A DNA stretch of 56,599 nt, from positions 53,130,940-53,187,538 of the forward strand of contig NC_068982.1 in NCBI RefSeq assembly GCF_001194135.2. Reading direction: 5' to 3'. A program made the position numbers and the translations under genes. This stretch comes from Octopus bimaculoides. Taxonomy: Eukaryota. Positions 13,170 to 25,304 of the stretch are shown piece by piece. Under the pieces are notes generated by a model. It saw nothing but the letters and a program-made list of their open reading frames with translations, was not told where the DNA came from and ran no database searches. Position 1 is the first letter of the stretch, and every line of letters begins with the position of its first letter.

Positions 13170-13913
13170 TGTGGTCTAAGACTTGGAAAAGAAGAGCTAA
13201 CGCAGAAATGAGGTGAGGTAGAATTCGAAAGATGGAATGCTTTTGAATAGTAAACCGCTTTCCCCGGTTTCTTGTGATTGTGGTGGTGGCAACAACGATG
13301 AAGATGATGATTGTAGTTATTGTGGTATGTCGGAAATGGTAATATAGGGTAAAATAATATCATACTGAGAGCATGAAATAAACAAACAAATATGTAAGTA
13401 AATAAACAAACGAACAAACAATAAATACATAAGCGTAAGAGAAGCTTTTGTGCACGTGGAGTTTTGATAGCGTAAATGAGCGAAGTCAAAAGCGAATCGT
13501 GGACAGGGATGGTAAATTATTGAGGGGATATGCGCCGATGTTTTGGTATGCGGTTGTAAGACGTATGTAAAACACGAGCCTTCTGTTAGAGGTAAGAGAA
13601 AAAAAAGGAAAAAAATGAAACGCAAGAAAGAATGGGTAGGAAAAGGGTACGGGAGTAGTTGAAAGTGAAACAGCGGGAGGGTGTTCCGGAAGACAAAGGG
13701 TGGGATGGTAATTGGATGATTAGACAGAAAGGACAATTATTAGGAGAGATTCTGTAACAGAATTTCTGCGTGAACGTAAGATAAGTATGCGTACGTCTGG
13801 CAAGACTGAATGGTTAAGAAATTTACGTCGCAATCATGGGATCATAAGTTCAGTCCTACCTCAAGATAACTTTGGAGAAATATATTTTACATAGCTTTTT
13901 CTTTTGTATCGCA

Positions 13914-14193
13914 GGAAGGTCGTTATGCCAATAAAAAGCACACGTATTGGTTCTATTACACTTCTTTTGTTATTATATGCTAGTTGGTTAACTATTTAAC
14001 CAATTAACTCATCAGTTATGTGATCACTAGTTTAGTTAATCAATCAGTCAACTAGGTTTATGAAAATACTTTTATCGCCATTTGCGGCCTCAACAATGAT
14101 ATGCTCTGTCTAAGGGCATATCACTGACTGATAATAAAAAGAAAAGTGAAATAAAACCAATGTGTGCGTTTATTATTGGCATAATGACCGTCC
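13914..14193. mobile_element. MITE with about 39-bp TIRs
   Basis: GGAAGGTCGTTATGCCAATAAAAAGCACACGTATTGGTT (13914-13952) is inverted at 14155-14193. Confidence 0.65.
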
Positions 14194-14728
14194 CAATACA
14201 CAACAAAATATAGTTCAACATGCGAGTTCATATCAAGAATCTTGTTAACCAAATGCAGGAACGAAATATCATTTACATAGCTTAGGGATATCCGAAATCT
14301 AGTGAGTAAAAGAAAAAAAGTTAGTTGGTAACTAACTGAAAGTCCTGCGGACAGACTCTACCAGAGTTTAAAAGAGACAGACATGTCACAGTCTGCCAGC
14401 CTCATAATACGCAGAATCTGCGTTAGAAATGCATTAAAAATATGTTCTGTGAAATATTCCGCCACTTAAACTATGACATACATCACATTTATACACTGAA
14501 CATATACATACATACATACATACATAAAAATGTAGGCAGTGTGAACGTGACTTAGGGAAGGCAGAAATAGAATAGAGTTGTTAAAATAAAGAACTACTAA
14601 GGATATATTCTATCTTGAGTTCGACCCAGTTGCTATCCTGACATTAAAATTGTACAAGGATGTTTGTATAAAACGTGCACAAGTACTCAAGCTTACACTT
14701 TCAGACCTTAGTAATCACTAGTTTTTCC

Positions 14729-14789
14729 GAGGTGTGTCAATAAGCTTTTCCCATCAATCAGCTGATGGGAAAACTTATTGATACACCTC
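14729..14789. repeat. 61-bp hairpin, possible TIR-only mini-MITE
   Basis: GAGGTGTGTCAATAAGCTTTTCCCATCA, 6-nt loop, TGATGGGAAAACTTATTGATACACCTC. Confidence 0.75.
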
Positions 14790-14909
14790 ACGGTACGGAA
14801 CATCAAGTTTGCAAAACATTCCATAACGCGAAATTTTTGCAACACGAAACTTATTGTCCATTGATTTTTCATGTTTATAAATTGACATACATTTCGAAAG
14901 ATATTTTTC

Positions 14910-14945
<36 letters not shown>

Positions 14946-15429
14946 CAAAAAAAGAAAACTTATAGTAATGAAAAGAGCAACCACTTTTACGCTTGAAATA
15001 TCTTTAAACAGAAGTACAATATGTATACTTAAAAGCAAGAATAATACACAAGAGAATAAGTAAGAATGTAGTGACATCGTATTCGCCATGAAACATGTTG
15101 ACTGCGGCATAATTAGAGATAGTGATAAAGTGAGCTACTTGGAGTGGGGGCGGAGGGCTCTATTTTTCTATCCTGTAAATTATTATTATCAGTATTTACG
15201 GCAGCAGTGAAGAAGTTATCTAGAGTAGTTTGTCGTTTGCAGAGTATCACCTTTTTACACAGCTCAGTCTAGAAACTGATCTCAGTGTGAACTCCTCTCG
15301 TAATTAGCCATATTCTTTGCAGTCACCTGAAGTGGAGAAGCTGAAACTTCTATCGGACTTTCAGATAAATCTGTTAGTTTCTTTTTCTCCATATATTTTA
15401 ATCCCTATTTTTTCAGCAATGATTTTTAA

Positions 15430-18400
15430 GTGTCGTTACACGACTCAGAGTATGGAAGTTTGACGCAGTTTTGTCGAGACCTAAACTACCAAAACTCAGT
15501 AAAATCGTGCTATAACTGCAGTATTATATATTTTGTGTCGCATATTTATAAATTCTCGAAAATACTCTATTATCTCGAAAATGTCAATTTTTCGAAAAGT
15601 TACAATGTTTTCTTTAAATCTCTAAGGTATCTCACCAGTTTTCCTATATTTAACTTTTAAATAAGATATTTTGCTCTTTATCTTTGCATCAGTTGGATAC
15701 GTGGATATATCATCGTGTGGAAGATGTCTTTGTTGGAACAATCCCCATGCCCTGCATGGTGTAATATTAGGATCTTCTTGAAATATTTCCAGCACTGTTA
15801 ACTTGAATGGCTCATGAATCCCACAGCTAGCACTATACAATGTTGATTGTCCCTTTCTTTTCTTTGTCATCAAGGATGAAATAGCAGTTTTAATTTCTGT
15901 TTCCCATGGTAAATCCAAACGCCCAAGATATTTACATTTAAGTTCCATTAACACTTTACATGGACCTTGTTTCATAGCTTCGTTTTCATTATCCAAATTA
16001 AACATATCAATAATTTCTTGTTTAATCCACATACTTTCGACCATACTTATTACCGTGCTTTCTTGTTCTTGCTCATCCTGTTTCAAATCCATAACACTCA
16101 TTATTATGCTGGATCGCTTCATGAATGGGATCAAACATCTTAAGTTCTTCAACATTTGAACTAGTATTAATCACCTCAAATTGATGCTGTTCATATATAT
16201 CTTTAGCATAAACAATAGCTTGACTGATTAAATCCTGTTGTCCTAAGGCTCCCTTGCAATTATGGATTTCCATTTCGTAGGCAGTTGCAAATTCCCTACG
16301 ACGTAAATTACATTGAAGAGGATTTTCATCGTCTGATTCCATATCCAAATCATTAATATTTGATGCTACAGCAATTCCAATACTATGCTTCTCTGGGATA
16401 TTCCCCATAACACCATAAACAATACATTTTGTTAAGCTGCCTCTACCTTTCTCTACAACACCAATATCTTCAACAGTGTCTGTATCAAAAATTTCATTTT
16501 CAGTGGAAGCACAATCTTCTTCATCGGATTCGCTTTCACAATTTCCTTCATTTACGTCGTTCGTAGTACCATTGATAAGGTTGTATGTTGCTGTCAATGG
16601 TAAGTTTGAATTTTCATAAACTGAAGCGGAATTTCTTATCGAATCAAACTGTACTTCCATATGATCACCTATGTTTTGTAATTTTCCAATTATCTCCAAG
16701 TTTTCCTCTTCAAACTGTTCAACAGTAGGCCTATTAATACCAACCAATTCTACCACTGTATTACTTACACCGCCATAAGTATTTAAAGCATCAACTAATT
16801 CAACAGGTTATAACATCTGAACCCTTATTACAATGCATATACACATGCCTCATAGCTGCAGAAAAAAATGAGCGTCGATACTGCCTTTACCATCTTGTAC
16901 ACCAGTGTGTACAAAAGTACAAAGTTTAAGGTTGTATCTATCTGCAATTTTATATAATGTAAATAACAGTTTCCCTTATAACATCTTGCGCTGTTAGATT
17001 GTACATAAAGATTTCGAATGTATGGAAATTTGGTCGATATTTGTTTACATACTGCATCAAAATAGGATATAACAGCCACATAGTCTTGCTTGCTATCCCC
17101 GGTAGAAATGTGATCGAAGTAAGTGATACGATAATCCTTTGAATTTTCAGTATTACGCCGTTCTTCATCGGTGTATCTTGTATACATCATGATTCATGCC
17201 ACGACGACCCTTTCTTACTGTAAAAATCTGTAGTTTTTTCCCTATAGTAGATAGCTTTGAATTTCATTTTGAAATCCATAACAACCATAGCATCTTCTAA
17301 CTGTAAATTGAACATTATTTCATCAATCCTATTGCGTTGATTAAGTACTCTCACACGATACCAAATAAAAGATATAATTTTTCCATAGCATCATTCAATA
17401 GAATTTCATGTTCTGGGCTTACATGCCATTTAATGTATTGTATTACATAGTTGGGGAAGCAACAAACACCACATTGTTTCATTTCCGCTCATTAAGACAA
17501 CCTATGAGGGACACATTTCTACATGTAGTGTAACAGATAAAGAAAACTGTTTATCTGTGACACTATATGTAGAAATGTGGCCCTCATAGGTTGTCTTAAT
17601 GTAAGCTTTTAAACCATTAACAATAGCATTCAAAGATTCTGGTTCGGCACTGGTAGCAACAACAGTCTTCAAACATGCAAAATTATCATACATTAATACT
17701 ACCGACACATAATCGACCGCTTGTTTGTTTGATCCTTGGTAGTTAACGTTTTCACTATCTTCTGGAATGATGTTGAGCCTAATTGTTTAATTTGAGGTAT
17801 GGTTTCTTTGTAATCACGTAGCATTATAGTTGTATTCTTTTTCCTAATCAGCTTGGGGAGATGTATTTCTTCGCCATTAATCGTAAATGTTTTGGTGCCC
17901 CATGAGATTCAGCATACATTAGCATCCGACAAAACAAACTCCACTGCAGCTTCCATTTGATCTCGATCGTATCGTATAATTGATCTATTGGAAGGTGTAA
18001 GCTGCCTTCCACTTGCCATATGTTTATACTTTCGTCTGAATGAAGCTATTTTCTTCATACCAATACCAAAACGATCTTTCAAAACACTTGAAACTAAGGA
18101 TACCGCTAATGGAGCTGTAACATTATCAGCTTGTACAACATTTCTCGGCAATGCATCTCGTACTTTAATGTTATTTTCCGCTAATTTGCCTTCATCGATG
18201 ACACCGTCTCCTTCGTTTTTAACAACCTCTGTCGTAAGGCCTTCGGCATCGTACGCACTAATGATAGAGCATACTTATTTCATTATGGTACTAGTTAGTT
18301 TCACTAATCGCTTTTTAACTGCTTCGTCAAAGTCTTCCATTCTGGTACTTTCACGTTTAGCTTTCCCGGTAATGATGATACTGATTTTAAACCAAATGCT

Positions 18401-18834
18401 TCATACAATGCCCCCACTGTTGAAACAATTCGTGATGGATCGCTAACTTCTGGTTCAGAATCCTCTTGTTCCGTATACACACTACGTTTTCTTGTATTCA
18501 TATTTGTTTTACGTGTGCCGACAACTCTCATAAGTCGTATTCTCTTTGTGACACGTGTGTTTACATTTTCGTTGCGTTTATTATCTCCACGACATGTACA
18601 TCCACATCTGTAACATCCTTGACAACTAATACATCTACCTTTTTTTGCAAGTACATGATAATTCTGACATAACTGCCGATTGGGTGATGCAAAATCAAAA
18701 TCCAGACTAGCTATGTGGTTTTTTTTATATATTAATTTTAACCAATCAAATTGCCCCGTTTATTTTTCAGTTTGCGACAATTCAATATTTTTAAGTTCTA
18801 CAAAAAGTGAATACTCTGACCCGCGTAGCGACTC
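15430..18834 (-). mobile_element. Sola3-like DNA transposon, full-length but decayed (3405 bp)
   Basis: TTAA on both sides (15426-15429, 18835-18838). 24-bp TIRs GTGTCGTTACACGACTCAGAGTAT vs revcomp GAGTCGCTACGCGGGTCAGAGTAT (19/24). GAG...CTC termini with a TTAA TSD are the described Sola3 signature. Confidence 0.8.
15622..18670 (-). pseudogene. Sola3-type DDD transposase pseudogene (about 1000 codons, many frameshifts/stops)
   Basis: Joined frames: N-terminal Cys cluster CTCKKGRCISCQGCYRCGCTC; SWGTKTFTINGEEIHLPKLIRK; MDFKMKFKAIYYREKTTDFYSKKGSSWH (D1 at 17274-17276); QSNSARCY (D2 position now N, 16993-16995); HTGVQDGKGSIDAHF (D3 at 16874-16876); C-terminal G*ARTRKHGNKYGRKY...IIDMFN...YLGRLDLPWETEIKTAISSL. 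Confidence 0.8.
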
Positions 18835-18842
18835 TTAAAAAT

Positions 18843-19742
18843 CAATCAATAATATATTCTCCTTTTCCGCTTTATTGTTCACAACATCTTACCAACGTCA
18901 CACTAGCTTGTCAATGCTTTGACATTAGAAACCGCAGAGTCTTAACTAGAAGAATCCGAGCCATGTTTTCAATTCCATGTCGTTGTTGATCGAAACACTT
19001 TGCAGACTATTTGAGAGCAACCGAAAAAGGAGATGATCTGAAGGCGCTGTATCAGGAGAATACCATGGATGCAGCTGAACTTTCCAATCGAGCTCTTGAA
19101 TAGCCTTTCTGGTAAAATTAGCGGTGTGAGAGCTGTTGTCATTTTGAAGAAATACGCTGCATCGTCGTTCGGGTAGTTTCAGTTGGATTGGCTCATTGAA
19201 CTTGTTCATTTGCAGAACATAAATCTCTGCATTGGCCCAGTGGTTGTTATCAAGCATTCTGTAGTGCATTAGCCCTTCCCAGTACCACCAAACGAAGATC
19301 ATTGTCTTGCAGTGAGCGGGGGGAGATCTTGCTTGGTTCGAAGTATTGCTTGCTTGTCGGAGTTTAGACATTCTTTACTCCTTCTTCATAATTACGCAAG
19401 ACACAGTTTTCATCTGGTAATGATGTTGTAAAGAAATCTCTATTTGAGACCATGTGTAGCCTAGTGTCGAACGAGCGAACTAGAGTAATAGAGAAGCGCT
19501 GGAATTTGTTTCATTCGCCCAGGGCGTGTGGCACCCGTGCACCAAACTTTTGAACGTGCATAGTCTGTGAAGTCGAATTCCCCCACCTTGAATCGTGACA
19601 AATAATTTCTGTGCTGTTCTTTCAGTAATAGCGCCGTCTTTATTGTTCTATTATCTGGAGTGGCTTTGGCAGCTTTGAAACCTTGATTGAAAGCGAAAAG
19701 CAAGTGTCGAACATGCTCATGCTCATCATTTCTACTTCTCAC
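18843..19742 (-). pseudogene. Mariner transposase pseudogene
   Basis: EHVRHLLFAFNQG, RFKVGEFDFTD, MIFVWW, FLQNDNSSH, HPWYSPDTAPSDHLLFRLLSNSL, ending KGEYIID*; frameshifts and an internal deletion. Confidence 0.9.
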
Positions 19743-20549
19743 TTCGTTGCTATTTAACAGAAAAGAGGTAAAATGTATTCAAATCTTAAAAACGATGAAC
19801 AAAAGTTTTAGAGAAAGAATAGAGGTACAAAATCTCTACAAAAATTCTAAGTTTACAATAAAAATAGTTTTCGGGTTAATTCAAATAATATTTGAAAGAA
19901 ATAACCGTATTTATCTGACAGCGTAATATATTCTCCTTTCGCTCTGCTGCTTACTCTCATTCTATGAGACCATAACAAGTCAACCGTATCATCTACTATT
20001 CTTCCAAACCCTGTATCCTTTGCGTAAGCTGCAATATCCTGTTAAACGTAATGTAGAAATTCTGCTGGTGGAAACCCTTTGCAGTCAGGGATAGTTTAGC
20101 CCTATGTTTTTAGAAACACCATTAATTGCTAAAGCTTCCGTTCATCCTATAAGTCTGGTACGTTAGCCTCTACATTCATAATGTTACACGTTTAGAAGAA
20201 GTCTCTTACTGCAGGTTTATCCTCTCCCATCAATCAGTACTTTGAATTGTTTCCAAATCCTTAGAGTAATATACTTTGAAATTAATTGTTGCACCTTAAT
20301 TCATAGGTTAGAGAAAAAAGGTTGTGTTCTTGAGGGTGTATTACACTCTCACATTATCAAGAAGATCTCTAATTTCACTGAGTGGCTTTAGAGCATTGCC
20401 TAAAAGCAGTAATGCTTCGTTGGAAATGTTACACGCCACAGTGTGGCTTTCTACACCTAGATTCTAAAATTGTAAATAGTTTTAGAAAAGCCTGCAGTCA
20501 TTTGAGTCTTCTTCAGTAAAAGCTGAATCATAAGTACTTTAAATTTAGA

Positions 20550-20970
20550 GTGACGGTAGTTATTTTGAAGTGGTCGGTATTTGGTTATGAAAGTTGTTTG
20601 TTGATACGTTGTTCTTGTGTTATGTAATCGCTGAATTGATATTGGGGAAAATCGTAAAGTTTGGTTGATTATTACCCGCTCATGTTTCTATAAGTGTACT
20701 AAGTCCTATTTATCTCTATTCCTGTAATTTTATTTGTGATCTATGCAGACTTCAGGACCGTCCAATTTGTCCGATATAATTTTCTTCACATTCCTATAAT
20801 AGAATAAGCTTTCTGATGAGAAGGTGAAATTATTTTTTTATTGTAAAGCCTTGTCCTTGTTTAAAACGAATTTTCGATCATTCTGTCAGAATATAACATT
20901 TATCACAGTTGGATCTTCCGCATTTTTTACTATTGGACCTGTTGTTATTGTGTAAAGTTTAGTCTTAGTA
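20550..20970 (-). pseudogene. Penelope-like element GIY-YIG endonuclease relic
   Basis: Manual translation: KKCGRSNCDKC...KQGQGFTIKNNFTFSSESLFY...CEENYIGQIGRS...PNFTIFP...FITKYRPLQN (YIGQ at 20778-20767). CTGAAGA lies just downstream (20516-20510). Confidence 0.7.
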
Positions 20971-21430
20971 TCTTAGTACCTTTTGCCTTTTATGATTACA
21001 TATTTATTTGGATTATGATTTTTATGATGGCATATTTATTTGGATTAGCCTGTAGCATGGCCGCAGTCAAATGACTGAAACAAATAAAAGAGTAAAGAGT
21101 ATTGCAGAGACTTATGGATAGTTTAGAAACTTCAAAAGAGAAAAGAAGCCGTCAGATTTTGAGGGAACTAAAAATACATTTGTGTCTTGGAGATCTGGTT
21201 GAAAAATAAGATTTGTTGTTTTTAAGGTTGAGTTCTATGACACCGGCATATCTGATAATACGGTACTACCAAAACTGCTGGATTAGCTGAACTGTGATTC
21301 TTATAAAGAGAAATAATTTGTGTGAAAAAGAGAAGTTAGTAAATTGCGTTTGCTTCTCATTTCAATTTATTTTTTGGTTGTTTCCATATTTTGTCTTTGC
21401 ACGTTTCCTTAATTCTTTAATCTCTCTTAG

Positions 21431-21503
<73 letters not shown>

Positions 21504-21689
21504 NNNNNNNNNNNNNNNNNNNNNNNNNNNNNNNNNNNNNNNNNNNNNNNNNNNNNNNNNNNNNNNNNNNNNNNNNNNNNNNNNNNNNNNNNNNNNNNNN
21601 NNNNNNNNNNNNNNNNNNNNNNNNNNNNNNNNNNNNNNNNNNNNNNNNNNNNNNNNNNNNNNNNNNNNNNNNNNNNNNNNNNNNNNNNN

Positions 21690-21761
<72 letters not shown>

Positions 21762-23067
21762 AGCGAGGGACAGAGAAAAGGAAAGAATGAAAACTAGAGT
21801 AGATTTAATTTCATAACCTTTAACTAAGTAAAAAGAAAATAACAGTCGCCCCCTCATTTTTTTTATCCTTCTTCAATTCCTTTTACCTCTTGTCTCCTTT
21901 TTTTTTCCATCTTCCATTTCTAATCCGGTTTGTTCTGATCCTTCCTCCCACCACCACCACCACTTCTGCTTTTAACTAACTTTGCCCAGCCTTGCTTTTT
22001 TTTCCAACTCGACTGACTATAGTTACTCTTGCAATCATTCCAAGTGTTGCGGACGTAATTAGATGGCTTACAAATGTGGTCATAGCAATGAGCCACTGCG
22101 CATGTGTGTGTGTGTATATATATATATGTGTGTGTGTGCGTGTGTGTGCGCGCGCGCGTATGCTCACATTACTATATTCTGTGGCTGCAGTCACTGGATG
22201 TAGTGTACACGTGTTTGTAATTTCCGCGTCGTCCTTTGAATGTGCTTTCTTGAAGGCTCGTTTAATATGTACACGTGCGTTTGACTAAAAATGTTGTTTT
22301 AGTTCTATGTCAACCCTGATCGAGCAGACTTAGGATCAAAGGCATTGCAGCCGTGCCCATCCAGCATTTTGGAAGTGTCTCTTCTCCCCCCACCCACTTC
22401 TTAAGCTGGAAATGTGTGATTAGGATGTGGGGGGGGACGAAAAATATGGCTACTATTTTAGCGTGGGTCAAATGACGACGTAGAAACTCATTCGTTGGCA
22501 CGAGCTGTATATATGTATGTATGTATGTGNNNNNNNNNNNNNNNNNNNNNNNNNNNNNNNNNNNNNNNNNNNNNNNNNNNNNNNNNNNNNNNNNNNNNNN
22601 NNNNNNNNNNNNNNNNNNNNNNNNNNNNNNNNNNNNNNNNNNNNNNNNNNNNNNNNNNNNNNNNNNNNNNNNNNNNNNNNNNNNNNNNNNNNNNNNNNNN
22701 NNNNNNNNNNNNNNNNNNNNNNNNNNNNNNNNNNNNNNNNNNNNNNNNNNNNNNNNNNNNNNNNNNNNNNNNNNNNNNNNNNNNNNNNNNNNNNNNNNNN
22801 NNNNNNNNNNNNNNNNNNNNNNNNNNNNNNNNNNNNNNNNNNNNNNNNNNNNNNNNNNNNNNNNNNNNNNNNNNNNNNNNNNNNNNNNNNNNNNNNNNNN
22901 NNNNNNNNNNNNNNNNNNNNNNNNNNNNNNNNNNNNNNNNNNNNNNNNNNNNNNNNNNNNNNNNNNNNNNNNNNNNNNNNNNNNNNNNNNNNNNNNNNNN
23001 NNNNNNNNNNNNNNNNNNNNNNNNNNNNNNNNNNNNNNNNNNNNNNNNNNNNNNNNNNNNNNNNNNN

Positions 23068-23111
<44 letters not shown>

Positions 23112-23425
23112 CGCGTGTGTGTGTGTGTGTGTGTGTGTGTATGCATGTTTGTATGTATGCGTGAATGTGTGCATGTGCATTCATCTACGTATGTATGTGC
23201 GTATGTACATGTTCGTGTTTATGAATAAGTGCGCGTGCATTTGTTCATAAACTTTGTATGTGTGTAATTATTTGTGCGGTTGTCGGTTACTATGATTCTG
23301 TATGTAACGCGTTAATTTGGCTTTATATTTTCGTTTTGATGCATGAATGCAAATTAATGTTTGTCACATTAGTTTACGGATATGTATGTAGCTGACATCC
23401 TGAAAATATTATTTTTTTCTGCTGT

Positions 23426-23432
23426 TCGTCAA

Positions 23433-23475
<43 letters not shown>

Positions 23476-23526
23476 ATATCATCCCCATCCCCACCATTAT
23501 CACCATCATCACGGTAATCATCGTCG

Positions 23527-23557
<31 letters not shown>

Positions 23558-23635
23558 AATCATCATCATCATCATCATCATCAATATCATCCCCATCCCC
23601 ACCATTATCACCATCATCAAGGTAATCATCGTCGT

Positions 23636-23684
<49 letters not shown>

Positions 23685-23835
23685 AAGGTAATAAACATTA
23701 CCACCACCACCAACAACAACAACAACAACAAAAACAACAACACCTCCATTACCCACTACCAACACCACCTCTATTACCATCACCATCATCACCATCATCG
23801 TCATCACCATCATCACTATCATTGTTGTCATCGTT
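23426..23835. repeat. (ATC)n/(AGC)n/(AAC)n compound microsatellite with an internal duplication of about 110 bp
   Basis: ATCAATATCATCCCCATCCCCACCATTATCACC occurs twice; explains the poly-Ile/Asp/Met ORFs. Confidence 0.9.
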
Positions 23836-24099
23836 GTCAATTTTTTTTTCTGTCTTGTCTCATTCTTCAAGGTTATTAAGTACGTTTGATGTCACGAAGA
23901 TTATCCTGGTAAAGTTGTCGGTATATTTTAATTGTGTTGCCTATAAGTTGAATTTGAATTATTATTTATTTTTATGCAACATGTGAGTGACTTCTTTGAG
24001 AATCTCAAACATATGGTTACTTAAATCTGTTGATACAATCTGTTATCTTACAAACTGGAAATACTTGAGTCGACACCCAAAGAGATAACTTTTAGAGCC

Positions 24100-24220
24100 C
24101 ATAGTCTTTGCCTTTCATCTTTCCGGAGTCAATAAAGTAAGGGCCAGTTGAGCACTGAGTTCGATGTAATTGACTTAACCCTACCCTGAAATTGCTGGCA
24201 TTGCGCCAAAATTTGAAACC
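24100..24220 (+). mobile_element. SINE family 2, 3' part
   Basis: GCCTTTCATC...GTCAATAAA...CCAGTTGAGCACTG core shared with other copies. Confidence 0.7.
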
Positions 24221-24284
24221 AATATTAATTACATTATTTACATTATTTACATTTAAAAGCTCAGGGAGATGAACTAAAGTGGAA

Positions 24285-24437
24285 AGGAGACGGGTACTAG
24301 AAAATGGGAAACTTCCCAAACCAAACATCACTAAGGAAGAAAAGTTCGCTATCAAAAGACTACAGAGTGACAATTCCATCATAATACTTCCAGCGGACAA
24401 GGAAAATGCTACAGTCGTAATGAACAAGTCTGACTAA
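24285..24437 (+). pseudogene. Penelope-like reverse transcriptase N-terminal fragment
   Basis: RRVLENGKLPKPNITKEEKFAIKRLQSDNSIIILPADKENATVVMNKSD* matches the NLTxEE...ADKG...VVM motif that precedes PLE RT domains. Confidence 0.75.
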
Positions 24438-24489
24438 AAATAATGTAAATAATGTACATAATTCCTCATCTCTTAAATATAGAACTTCA

Positions 24490-24800
24490 ATATTAATTAG
24501 ACTTAGCCTGTATTTGAACTCAGAACGTAAAGACGGAAGAAATGCTGCTAAGTATGTGATTTGGTAGGTGCAGGCGTGACTGTGTGGTAAGAGCCTTCCT
24601 TCCCAACCACATGGTTCCGGGTTCAGTCCCATTACGTGGCACCATGGGTAAATGCCTTCTATTTTAGCCTCGGCGTGCCAACAATTCTACCTGCTCGCTG
24701 CCTTAAGTCTAATTAGCACGTCGGACAAAATACATAGCGGCATTTCTTTCGGCTTTACGTGCTCCGTTCAGATTCCGCAGAGTTCGACTTTGCCTTCCAT
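24490..24800. mobile_element. Composite of SINE family 2 pieces with an embedded 121-bp SINE1-derived segment
   Basis: A minus-strand SINE2 head is split by 24553-24673; a plus-strand SINE2 piece follows at about 24710-24800. Confidence 0.65.
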
Positions 24801-25270
24801 CGTTGTACCTATAACAGAAATAAAAAAATAACTATTGCAACATTAAATTTGTGAGATCTACTTAATTTGTCGAAAGGGTCCATGCTACGTAGTCCTTAGG
24901 ACCTAGACCTGACAGAAATAGTGACCACATCTCTCTCTTATTCTGTTCTACAGTCTTAATATGAGGAGGATAATGTTGAAAGATATAAATTTGGATGTAA
25001 TTGTTCTGTAAAGAGAGAAAGTGCGATGACGATGGCTAGAGTTGCCTTTGATCTTATGCCTGCAAGATCAGGATTGACTTGGGGAGAAGCAACGGACGGA
25101 AACAACAACGAAAGATTCATTGGTGAAATTTTCGATATTTACAGGTTTACGTTTTAAGTTGTGAAATCTACGATTACTGCTTAGACTGTACAATACAACC
25201 TAAAAACAGAACGATACAATTCTAGAAACAATAACTCAATGACAAAATGAGTTGGGTGGCTTTTAAGCTA

Positions 25271-25299
<29 letters not shown>

Positions 25300-25304
<5 letters not shown>

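Larger units (their letters stand above)
15351..19928 (-). mobile_element. Decayed mariner element split by a Sola3-like insertion
   Basis: Imperfect TIRs share TCAGATAAAT...GTTA(G)TTTCTTT at about 15351-15385 and 19892-19928; transposase relic at 18843-19742; the insertion sits at a TTAA a few bp after the stop codon. Confidence 0.7.

Noticed and set aside
17988-18446. 152-aa plus-strand ORF
   Set aside because: Antisense shadow of the Sola3-like transposase; no independent signal.
18850-19940. ~16-bp direct repeat TAATATATTCTCCTTT near both ends of the mariner ORF, resembling a long TSD
   Set aside because: The left copy is the mariner coding end (KGEYII); mariner makes TA TSDs, so this is treated as coincidence.
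21432-21750. (GT)n-gap-(AC)n as a giant hairpin
   Set aside because: The interior is unknown, and contig orientation at microsatellite ends is unreliable.
23382-23879. Poly-Ile/Asp/Met and other low-complexity ORFs (also the HT/YI/CV repeats throughout)
   Set aside because: Translations of simple repeats.
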